Shown: in pieces, positions 38,595-47,099 of the stretch
Position numbering within the stretch: position 1 is the first letter of the stretch
How the letters are laid out: each line of letters starts with the position of its first letter
NCBI GenBank assembly: GCA_963845565.1
Contig: CAWJSJ010000005.1
Span: 952,818 to 1,016,817 of the forward strand
Reading direction: 5' to 3'
DNA: 64,000 bases
Source: an uncultured Methylomirabilota bacterium
GTDB taxonomy: Bacteria; Methylomirabilota; Methylomirabilia; Methylomirabilales; 2-02-FULL-66-22
Position numbers and translations under genes: made by a program
Notes under the pieces: model-generated
The model's input: the letters and a program-made list of their open reading frames with translations, nothing else
The model's database searches: none
What the model was told of the DNA's origin: nothing

Positions 38595-39845
38595 ATGGCA
38601 ACGCGCGTGGATGTGCCGCAGCTTGGACTGACAATGGAGACGGGTACCATCCTGCAGTGGGTGAAGGCCGAGGGCGAGACGGTCGAGAAAGGGCAGCCGG
38701 TTGTCGTGATTCAAACCGACAAGGTGGAGTACGAGGTGGAAGCGCCCGTGGCGGGGACGGTCCTGAAGATCGCTGCCCGAGAGGGGGAGGAGCTTCCGGT
38801 CGGGAGCCTGATGTGCGTCATCGGGGCTCCCGGCGAGGATCTCACGGAGCTGCTCGGGGCAGGGGTAGCGGCGAAGCCTGGAGCCCAAGCTCCGGTCGGC
38901 GAGGCGCCTCGGTCAGGCTCTTCCCAGTTGACCAATCAACCGGTTGACCAGTCGACTCCTCAGGCGCCGGTGCGTGCGCCGGGAGAGCGCGTGAAGGTGT
39001 CGCCGGTGGCCAAGAAGCTGGCCCAGGAGCACGGGATCGACGTCGGGACGCTGCGCGGCACCGGCCCCGAGGGCCGCATCGTGCGCGAGGATGTGGAGCG
39101 GGCGATTGCCGCGATGAGCCGCGAGCCGCGAGCAGCGAGCGGCGAGGGGAAGACGGCGACGCCGGAAAGTATTCCGCTGAGCGGTATGCGCAAGGCGATC
39201 TTCGACCGGATGGGGCAGTCATGGCGGGAGGCGGCGCGAGTGACCATGTTCGCCGACGCCGACATGACAGAGTTGGTGCGCCTGCGGCAGGCGAAGGCCG
39301 CGGAGTGGGAGCGACGCTTCGGCATCAAGCCCAGCTATAGCGATCTGATCCATCTGGCCGTGGCCCGGGCATTGCGCGAGGAGCCCCGCATCAACTGCCG
39401 GCTGGACGGGCAGGTGGTCCGCATCCGCCGCGAGGTGAATCTCAGCTTCGCCGTGGACCTGGGGGAAGGTTTGGTTGCCGTGGTGATCAAAGGCGCCGAC
39501 AAGAAACCCTTGGGGGATCTCGCCAAGGCGGCGCGGGACCTGGCGGAGCGGGCGCGGGCCAACAAGCTTTCGCAGGACGACATGGCGGACGGGACGTTCA
39601 CCGTCACGAATCTCGGCGGTCTCGGGGTGGAGTCCTTCACGCCTATCATCAATCAACCCCAGGCGGGCATTCTGGGGATCGGCAAGATCCTGGAGAAGCC
39701 GGTGGTTATCGCGGGCGGGATCCACGTCCGGTCGATGATGACCCTGTCCATCGTGTTTGACCACCGACTGCTGGATGGCGCGCCCGCTGCGAAGTTCCTG
39801 GCGAAGGTCAAGGCGCTGCTGGAGGATCCGGCGTGGATCGGCTGA
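38595..39845 (+). CDS. Dihydrolipoamide acyltransferase E2
   Basis: Lipoyl domain QTDKV, E3-binding SPVAKKLA...GTGPEGRI, catalytic FDHRLLDGA. Confidence 0.93.
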   Translation: MATRVDVPQLGLTMETGTILQWVKAEGETVEKGQPVVVIQTDKVEYEVEAPVAGTVLKIAAREGEELPVGSLMCVIGAPGEDLTELLGAGVAAKPGAQAPVGEAPRSGSSQLTNQPVDQSTPQAPVRAPGERVKVSPVAKKLAQEHGIDVGTLRGTGPEGRIVREDVERAIAAMSREPRAASGEGKTATPESIPLSGMRKAIFDRMGQSWREAARVTMFADADMTELVRLRQAKAAEWERRFGIKPSYSDLIHLAVARALREEPRINCRLDGQVVRIRREVNLSFAVDLGEGLVAVVIKGADKKPLGDLAKAARDLAERARANKLSQDDMADGTFTVTNLGGLGVESFTPIINQPQAGILGIGKILEKPVVIAGGIHVRSMMTLSIVFDHRLLDGAPAAKFLAKVKALLEDPAWIG

Positions 39846-39863
39846 ACCGATCGGCGGCCTAGC

Positions 39864-40587
39864 GTGTCGGACGTCGGGCTGGGGTCAGACGCCGACGTGG
39901 CAACGGCGACCCCGGAGGGGTTGACCCGGTTGCCGTGGCAGCGTGCTGGATCTTGGCCTTTTGGCGTACGGCGCCGCGCTGGATCGCCAGATGGACCTCG
40001 TCGACCAACGCCTGCGGGACCGCGTCCCGGACACGCTCCTCCTGCTCGAACATCCGGCGGTCGTGACGCTGGGTCGGGCCAAGACCACGGCGAATCTCCG
40101 GCTGACGCCGGAGGAACTGCGCGCGCGCGGTATCGAGTTTTTCGAGATCAGCCGCGGCGGGGATGCGACGTATCATGGCCCAGGGCAGTTGGTCGGGTAT
40201 CCGATCTTCGATCTCCGGCATCATGGCCGTGATGTCCTGCACTACTGTCGCCGGGTCGAAACGGCGCTGATCCGGACCCTGGCAGGGTTCGACCTCGCCG
40301 GCCGGGCCGTCCCCGGTAAGGCGGGTGTCTGGGTGGGGGAGCGGAAGATTGCGTCGCTGGGGATCTCGCTGCGGCGCTGGGTGACGTTTCACGGGTTTGC
40401 CCTGAACGTCGGGGTAGACCTGGCCGACTTTCAGGTGATCCGGCCCTGTGGGGAGGAGCCGGAGATCATGACCACCATGGCGGCGCTGCTGGGGCGCCCA
40501 GTGGCCATGGACGCGGTGCGGGACCGGGTGGCCGCGGAATTCGCCCGAGTGTTTGGCTTTGGCGAGTCGCGTGCCTTTTTGAGTTGA
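39864..40587 (+). CDS. lipB: Lipoyl(octanoyl) transferase (start 39864 with +1 slip near 39942, or 39943)
   Basis: LLLEHPAVVTLG, RGGDATYHGPGQLVGYPI, KIASLG, HGFALN, PCG. Confidence 0.92.
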
Positions 40588-40613
40588 TCGGCTGGGACGA
40601 TAGGAGGTCTGTC

Positions 40614-41858
40614 ATGGCGTTTCCGAAGATGTTCCGCGTGAAGCAGGAGTTGCAGGGGCCGATGCTGGCCGACATCCCGGCGGCAGTCCGCGAGACGATG
40701 CGGAGCCTCAAGCTTGCGGATCGGGTGAAGCCGGGCCAGACGGTGGCCATCACCTCGGGGAGCCGGGGGGTCGCCAACATCGACCGGATCACCAAGGCCG
40801 TGGTGGACGAACTGAAGACGCTGGGTCTCAAGCCGTTCATCTGTCCGACCATGGGCAGCCACGGCGAGGCGACGGCGGAAGGCCAGCTTAAAATCCTGGA
40901 ACACTACGGGATCACCGAGGCCACCATGGGCTGCCCCATGAAGTCCAGCATGGAGGTGGTCGAGATCGGGAAAGTCAAGGGCACCACCGTGTTCTGCGAC
41001 AAGAACGCCTGGGGGGCCGATCACATCGTCGTGATCGGACGAGTCAAGACCCACACCGACTTCGACGGCGAGATCGAGAGCGGCCTCTACAAGATGATGG
41101 CGATCGGGCTGGGGAAGCAGCACGGGGCGGAGAATTACCATCGCGCCGGCCACCACTACAGCTATGCCGAGATCTTCCCGCTGGTCGGCCAGGCCGTCCT
41201 GGATAGCGGGCATGTGCTGTTCGGGCTCGGGATCGTGGAAAACGGTCACGACCAGACGGCGAAGGTGCAGGCGATCCCGCCCAAGGACTTCGCGCCCGCA
41301 GAGAAGGCGCTCCTCAAGGAGGCCAAGGCCTGGATGGCGCGGCTGCCGTTCGAAAAGCTGGACGTCCTGATCGTGGACGAGCTGGGCAAGAACATCAGCG
41401 GCGCGGGGATGGATCCGAACGTGATCGGGCGCGCCTCGGTGCAGAAGCCCGCCGGGAAGCCCCACGTCCGGATACTCTTCGTGCGCGACATCACCCCCGA
41501 GGCGGAAGGGAACGCCATCGGTGTCGGCTTTGCCGAGATGACCACCAAGCGGCTGGTCCGGAAGATCAACTACGCCGCCATGCACATGAATGCCATCACG
41601 TCCGGCGTGGCCGAGGCGGCCAAGGTGCCCATGGCGTTCGATACGGACCGCCAGGCCATCGAGACTGCGCTCGGCATGATCGGCCTGACCCCGCCGGAGC
41701 AGGCCCGGGTGGTCCGGATCAAGAACACGCTCCACCTGACCGAGATCGACTGCTCGGAGGCCCTCCTGGCTGAGGTGAAGGGCCACAAGCGGCTCACCCC
41801 CGCGACGGCACCGGCAGCGATGACCTTCGACGCGCAGGGAAATCTGACGGCGTTTTGA
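40614..41858 (+). CDS. LarA-like (lactate racemase N-terminal domain) protein, paralog 1
   Basis: VAITSGSRG, MGSHG, RVKTHTDF, SGLYKMMAIGLGK, GKNISGAGMDPNVIG. Confidence 0.75.
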   Translation: MAFPKMFRVKQELQGPMLADIPAAVRETMRSLKLADRVKPGQTVAITSGSRGVANIDRITKAVVDELKTLGLKPFICPTMGSHGEATAEGQLKILEHYGITEATMGCPMKSSMEVVEIGKVKGTTVFCDKNAWGADHIVVIGRVKTHTDFDGEIESGLYKMMAIGLGKQHGAENYHRAGHHYSYAEIFPLVGQAVLDSGHVLFGLGIVENGHDQTAKVQAIPPKDFAPAEKALLKEAKAWMARLPFEKLDVLIVDELGKNISGAGMDPNVIGRASVQKPAGKPHVRILFVRDITPEAEGNAIGVGFAEMTTKRLVRKINYAAMHMNAITSGVAEAAKVPMAFDTDRQAIETALGMIGLTPPEQARVVRIKNTLHLTEIDCSEALLAEVKGHKRLTPATAPAAMTFDAQGNLTAF

Positions 41859-41870
41859 ACGACGCCGATC

Positions 41871-42000
41871 GGGCAATTTTCGGCAATCAGGGTCTTGGCA
41901 AACAGGCGATTGGGTAACTTGGCAATTGGGCAATTTGGAATCGACTGAATCGGCGTCCGTACATTCCTAGTTGCCAGATTGCCGAATTGCCCAATTGCCA
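41871..42000. repeat. Inverted pair of octamer tandem repeats (GGCAATTG / TTGCCxAA type)
   Basis: GGGTAACT TGGCAATT GGGCAATT ... TTGCCAGA TTGCCGAA TTGCCCAA TTGCCA. Confidence 0.7.
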
Positions 42001-42017
42001 TATCTGGAGAACGAATC

Positions 42018-42347
42018 ATGGCGCAGTACTTCATCGATCCGGAGAAGCTGCCGGGGAAGACGCTGGCGCCGGGCGTCCAGCTTCGGGTGGCCTGGGGCCA
42101 GCATCTCATGTTCTCGTTCGTGCGGTTGGAGGCCGGCGGTGTGGTTCCGCTTCACAGCCACCCGCACGAGCAGGGCGGCGTCTGCCTGGAAGGGGCCATG
42201 GAGTTCACCATCGGCGACCAGACCCGCATCGTACGGCGCGGGGAGGGGTGGATGATCCCGGGTGGCGTCACGCACGCGGTCCGCGCGCTCGAAGAGGGTG
42301 CTCAGGCGCTGGACGTCTTTTATCCTCATCGAGAAGACTACAAATAG
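42018..42347 (+). CDS. Cupin domain protein
   Basis: HSHPHEQ...IPGGVTH...DVFYPHREDY. Confidence 0.88.
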   Translation: MAQYFIDPEKLPGKTLAPGVQLRVAWGQHLMFSFVRLEAGGVVPLHSHPHEQGGVCLEGAMEFTIGDQTRIVRRGEGWMIPGGVTHAVRALEEGAQALDVFYPHREDYK

Positions 42348-42482
42348 GCGTCAATCGGTCGAATAGTCAACTGGTCAACTCGGCCTCCCGTTTTCGCCAA
42401 TTGACTCATTGACGAGTCGACCATCTGCTGATGGAGCGTAGCCGCCAGGTTCTGGCGGAGCTGCGCGCAAAGGAGAAATCGC

Positions 42483-43496
42483 GTGTCCGGTAATCGCGGG
42501 AAATTCAAGGTGGTCGCCACCGATACCCATCTCTTTCCCTTGCGGGAGGAGCTGGAGGTCCTGGGGACGCTCGACTGTACGGTCGTCAGCGCGGTCTGCA
42601 AGAGCGAGGACGAGACGATTGCGGCCTGCCGTGACGCCCACGTGGTCCTCGACACCTCGGCCAAGATCACCCGAAAGGTGATCGGGGAGCTCGCGAACGC
42701 GCTGGCGATCTGCCGGTACGGCGTGGGTGTGGACACGGTCGATATCCCGGCCGCCACGGAGCACGGAATCATCGTGGCCAACGTCCCCGACTTTTGCTTC
42801 GACGAAGTGGCGGACACCGCCATGAGCCTGATCCTATCCGTGCCGCGCAAGGTGCACCGACTGAACGCCTTGGTCCACCAGGGGGTATGGAACAAGGAGG
42901 TGGCCCGGCCGGTCCACAAGTTCCGTGGGGCCACGCTGGGGCTGTTCGCCTTCGGCAATATCGCGCGGAACGTCTGCCGCAAGGCGGCGGCCTTCGGGTT
43001 CCGGATCCTGGCCTGCGACCCGTATCTCACGGCAGAGCGCGTTCGGGAGTATCCGGTCACGCTGGTGGATTTCGAGACGCTGCTCCGGGAATCGGACCTG
43101 ATCTCGGTGCATGCTCCGCTGACCGACGAGACACGCCATCAGTTCAACGAGGCGGCGTTTCGGCGGATGAAGACGTCCGCCTTTTTCTTCAATCTCGGTC
43201 GGGGGCCCATCCACGACCAGCCGGCCCTGACCCGGGCGCTGGCCGAGGGCTGGATCGCCGGCGCCGGGCTGGACGTGCTGGAGAAGGAGCCTCCGGATCC
43301 CGCGGACCCGATCTTGAAACTGGACAACGTGGTCTTCACGCCGCATTATGCCTCGTACACGGAGGAAGCCTACCAAGAGCTGCAGCGCAAGACCGGCGAG
43401 AACGCCGCCGCCGTCCTTCGCGGACAGTTCCCCAAGTACCTCGTCAACCCCGAGGTCAAGGCGACGGCACGGCTCTTGGCGCGCAACCCGCGGTAA
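42483..43496 (+). CDS. D-isomer-specific 2-hydroxyacid dehydrogenase (CtBP/SerA-like)
   Basis: RYGVGVDTVD, FGNIAR, SVHAPLT, NLGRG, GAGLDVLEKEP, TPHYA. Confidence 0.9.
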   Translation: MSGNRGKFKVVATDTHLFPLREELEVLGTLDCTVVSAVCKSEDETIAACRDAHVVLDTSAKITRKVIGELANALAICRYGVGVDTVDIPAATEHGIIVANVPDFCFDEVADTAMSLILSVPRKVHRLNALVHQGVWNKEVARPVHKFRGATLGLFAFGNIARNVCRKAAAFGFRILACDPYLTAERVREYPVTLVDFETLLRESDLISVHAPLTDETRHQFNEAAFRRMKTSAFFFNLGRGPIHDQPALTRALAEGWIAGAGLDVLEKEPPDPADPILKLDNVVFTPHYASYTEEAYQELQRKTGENAAAVLRGQFPKYLVNPEVKATARLLARNPR

Positions 43497-43599
43497 GCCG
43501 CCGCCACAGAATAACTTGACCGGAGAAATTTCGTGGACGGCATAAGGGGCCGTAACGAAATTACAGGAACCGGCCAAGTTATTTCGTAACGGCTCCTAA
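43497..43599 (+). repeat. Family B double-hairpin element copy 2
   Basis: AGAATAACTTGACC...ACGGCATAAGGGGCCGTAACGAAAT...ATTTCGTAACGGCTCCTAA right after TAA stop. Confidence 0.82.
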
Positions 43600-43633
43600 C
43601 GAACACGCCCGGACACCGGGAGGAGGATCGGCC

Positions 43634-44152
43634 ATGCGTTTGAAGGGTAAGAAGGTGGCAGTGTTGGCGGAGGAGATCTACCAGGAGATGGAGCTGTGGG
43701 TGCCCTACTATCGGCTCAAGGAAGAGGGGGCCGAGGTGAAGATCGTGGCGCCCGAGAAGAAGACCTACAAGAGCAAGCTCGGGTATCCGGTGAACGCCGA
43801 CGTGGCCGCGGCCGACGTGTCGGCCAAGGACTTCGACGGCGTGGTGATCCCCGGTGGGTACGCGCCGGACATGATGCGCCGCTACCCCGCCATACTCAGC
43901 CTGGTGCGCGACTGCTTCAACCAGGGCAAGCCGGTGGCCGCCATCTGTCACGCGGGCTGGGTGCCGGCCTCGGCGGGGATCCTGAAGGGGAAGACGGCGA
44001 CGTGCTTCTTCGCCATCAAGGACGACCTGATCAACGCCGGCGCCAAGTACGTGGACGAGGAAGTGGTGGTGGACGGCAACCTGATCACCTCCCGGACGCC
44101 CGGCGACCTGCCCGCCTTCTGCCGCGAGCTGGTCAAGGCGCTGGCGAAGTGA
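43634..44152 (+). CDS. pfpI: DJ-1/PfpI family (type 1 glutamine amidotransferase-like) protein
   Basis: QEMELWVP, IPGGYAPD, AAICHAG, VVDGNLITSR. Confidence 0.88.
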   Translation: MRLKGKKVAVLAEEIYQEMELWVPYYRLKEEGAEVKIVAPEKKTYKSKLGYPVNADVAAADVSAKDFDGVVIPGGYAPDMMRRYPAILSLVRDCFNQGKPVAAICHAGWVPASAGILKGKTATCFFAIKDDLINAGAKYVDEEVVVDGNLITSRTPGDLPAFCRELVKALAK

Positions 44153-44325
44153 GTCGAGGCACTGCGGTGCGGCGGTTCACGGTGCTGCGGTTCGCGGGAC
44201 CCAGCCTTGAACCGCCGCACGTGGCGCCGTAACCCTCGAATCCGCCATAGACGGATCTCAGCCGCCCCCGGCGAATCCGACCCCGAACCTCGAACCTCGA
44301 ACCGCAGCACCCACTTGGAGCGCTC

Positions 44326-45585
44326 ATGACTCTGCCTCAGATGTTTCGTATCCGACAGAAGGTTGATCCGCCGGTAGTGGCCGACGTGGCGGCGGCGGTT
44401 CGCGCCGAGATTGGCAAGCTGCCCCTGGCCGGCCGGTTCGCGCCGGGGGCCCGGGTCGCCGTGACCGGCGGTAGCCGGGGCGTGGCGAATATCGCCATCA
44501 TCCTTCGGACGACCTGCGATTGCCTGAAGGCGCTCGGGACCCGACCGTTCATCGTCCCGGCCATGGGAAGCCACGGTGGCGCCACGGCGGAGGGCCAACT
44601 CAAAGTGCTGGCGCGCTACGGGATCACGCCGGAGAGCATGGACGTCCCGATCCTCTCGTCCATGGAAACGGTGGAAATCGGCCAAATGCCCTGGGGATTT
44701 CCGGTGCATGTGGACAAGCACGCGTACGAGGCGGACCACATCGTCCTGGTGAACCGGATCAAGCCGCACACCAACTTCCGGGCCCACGTGGAGAGCGGCC
44801 TGATGAAGATGCTGGTCATCGGGCTGGGCAAGCACCAGGGGGCGATCCTAGCCCACCGCGCCTCGGTGGACGTCGGCTTGCCCCGGGCGATCCCCGAGGT
44901 GGCACGCTTCTCCCTGTCGAAGCTTCCCATTCTCTTCGGGGTGGGGACGCTCGAGAACGTGCGGCACCAGACCGCCAAGGTCGAGGCCACGCTGCCGGAG
45001 GTGTTGGAGGGCACCGAGACTCGGCTGCTCCAGGAAGCCTGGGCGCTCTTCGCCCGGATCCCCTTCGAGTTTCTCCACCTTCTGATCGTGGACGAGATGG
45101 GGAAGGAGATCAGCGGCACCGGAATGGACCCCAACGTGCTGGGCCGACTCTACTTTGCGCCCAACGAGGAGCCGAAAAGCCCGCGCTACATCCGGATCCT
45201 GGTCCGCGACCTCACCGAGAAGACGGCCGGGAACGCCGTCGGCATGGGCCTGGCCGACTTCGCCACACGGCGGCTGGCCAACAAAGTGAACTTCCAGTAC
45301 ACGTACACCAACGCCCTGACCGGCCTGTCCCCGATGCGCAGCAAGCTGCCGATCATCTTCGAGACGGATCAGGATGCCATCGAGGGGGCGCTGAAGACCA
45401 TCGGTCTTACCGAGCCGCCGGACGCCAAGGTCGCCCGGATCAAGAACACCTTGGACCTGGAATACCTCTACGCCTCGGACGCGCTGCTCGCGGAGATCAA
45501 GGAGCGGAACGACCTGGAGGTGTTGAGCGGGCCGCACCCCTTCGCGTTCAGCGACCAGGGCGACCTGGTGGACGCCGGGAATTGA
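44326..45585 (+). CDS. LarA-like protein, paralog 2
   Basis: VAVTGGSRG, PAMGSHGGATAEGQ, RIKPHTNF, SGLMKMLVIGLGK, GKEISGTGMDPNV. Confidence 0.75.
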   Translation: MTLPQMFRIRQKVDPPVVADVAAAVRAEIGKLPLAGRFAPGARVAVTGGSRGVANIAIILRTTCDCLKALGTRPFIVPAMGSHGGATAEGQLKVLARYGITPESMDVPILSSMETVEIGQMPWGFPVHVDKHAYEADHIVLVNRIKPHTNFRAHVESGLMKMLVIGLGKHQGAILAHRASVDVGLPRAIPEVARFSLSKLPILFGVGTLENVRHQTAKVEATLPEVLEGTETRLLQEAWALFARIPFEFLHLLIVDEMGKEISGTGMDPNVLGRLYFAPNEEPKSPRYIRILVRDLTEKTAGNAVGMGLADFATRRLANKVNFQYTYTNALTGLSPMRSKLPIIFETDQDAIEGALKTIGLTEPPDAKVARIKNTLDLEYLYASDALLAEIKERNDLEVLSGPHPFAFSDQGDLVDAGN

Positions 45586-46769
45586 GTCCCACACCCAGCG
45601 CGGCGGCCGGATCGGTACCCGGACCCATTCCGGCCGCCGCCCCACTTTTCACCCGGCCGTTTCTTTTTATCTGTCTCGCCACCGGCTGCTTTTATCTCAG
45701 TTTCTACTTCATCCTCCCGGTCATGCCGCTCTATGTGGCCAGTCTGGGCGGCACTTCGTCGCAGATCGGGCTCATCATCGGGCTCTTTGCCACGATGGCG
45801 ATGCTGATGCGGCCTCCGTCCGGCTGGCTGATCGACAGCCGGGGGACCCGACCGATCTTGCTCATCGGGATGGCGGTGTTCTTGCTCGCGTCGCTGGGAT
45901 ACATCGCCGCGCGCACCGTGGAGCCCATCCTGGCGCTGCGGCTCTTTCATGGAATCGGCATGGGACTCTTTCCGACGGCTGCCACGGTCGTCATCGCGGA
46001 ACTGGCGCCCCCGACACGCCGTGGCGAGGCCATGGGCTGGTTCGGCATCACGAACAGCATCGGCCTGGTCGTCGGTCCGGTGCTGGGGCCGTGGATCGCG
46101 GCGCAATTAGGGTTCCCGGTCCTCTTCCTGCTGGCGGCGGGTGTGGCCGGGCTCGGCTTCGCGTGCATCTTCCTGGTGCCGGCCGGGCCGCGGCCGATGC
46201 GCGCGTCCCGCCCGCCGCGCCCCGGGGATTTCTTCAGCCGGGCCGCCGTCCTTCCCTCGTTCATCCTGCTGCTCCTCTACATCCCCTACGGGACGGTGGT
46301 CGCTTTCATCCCCCTGGTGGCCAAGATGCGTGGGCTGGAAAACCCCGGCCTCTTCTACATGGTCTTTGCGGTGGCCATGCTGCTGGTGCGGGCCAAGGCC
46401 GGGGAGATATCGGACCGGCGCGGTCGGGCGACGGTGATCCTGCCGGGGATGATCCTGACCGGCGTCTCGTTCCTGGTGCTGGGTGTGACATCGGGGCCGG
46501 CCGGCATGCTGACGGGCGCGGCGATCCTGGGCCTGGGGTTCGGCAGCGCGCAACCCGCGCTCATGGCATTCACCACCGATCGGGTGGCGCCCGAGGAGCG
46601 GGGCAAGGCCATGGGGACGTTTTATACCGCCTGGGAACTCGGGATTGCCTCCGGGGCGGCGGGCGCGGGCTGGCTCCTGAACGTGACCGGGTTCGAAACG
46701 CTCTTCCTCGTCGGCTCCGCCATCCCCATCGTCGGCGCCGGTCTCGCCCTGCGCGCGCGCACAAGGTAA
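45582..46769 (+). CDS. MFS transporter
   Basis: ~12 TM segments; GWLIDSRG and GEISDRRGR motif A; TTG start overlapping upstream stop. Confidence 0.88.
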   Translation: MSPTPSAAAGSVPGPIPAAAPLFTRPFLFICLATGCFYLSFYFILPVMPLYVASLGGTSSQIGLIIGLFATMAMLMRPPSGWLIDSRGTRPILLIGMAVFLLASLGYIAARTVEPILALRLFHGIGMGLFPTAATVVIAELAPPTRRGEAMGWFGITNSIGLVVGPVLGPWIAAQLGFPVLFLLAAGVAGLGFACIFLVPAGPRPMRASRPPRPGDFFSRAAVLPSFILLLLYIPYGTVVAFIPLVAKMRGLENPGLFYMVFAVAMLLVRAKAGEISDRRGRATVILPGMILTGVSFLVLGVTSGPAGMLTGAAILGLGFGSAQPALMAFTTDRVAPEERGKAMGTFYTAWELGIASGAAGAGWLLNVTGFETLFLVGSAIPIVGAGLALRARTR

Positions 46770-46824
46770 CGGAGGGTCGCGTCCTGACACGGTGCGTAAC
46801 AACGCGACCATCAATAGACGTCAC

Positions 46825-46906
46825 CGGGGGACGTCCATAAAAGTATAAAACATATCTCCATGAAAAATGGTAAGGGAGACTTTTATGGATTTATGGACGT
46901 CCCCCG
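46825..46906. repeat. AT-rich element with perfect 17-bp inverted repeats
   Basis: CGGGGGACGTCCATAAA (46825-46841) / TTTATGGACGTCCCCCG (46890-46906). Confidence 0.8.
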
Positions 46907-47099
46907 TCCTGTCTCGCTCCCTTCCTGACGACAGATCGAATCCATTGGGTGCGCGCCTTTTCATCCAGCATAGCCCTTGACAGCCTGATCCGGTTCGCGG
47001 GACACTCCACCCGAGGTAGTGGTGCGCGGACGTTTTGGCGGCCCAAGTCCCCGATGGATGCGCGCCGCCGGGGCGCCACTCGCGCGGAAGGAGACGACG

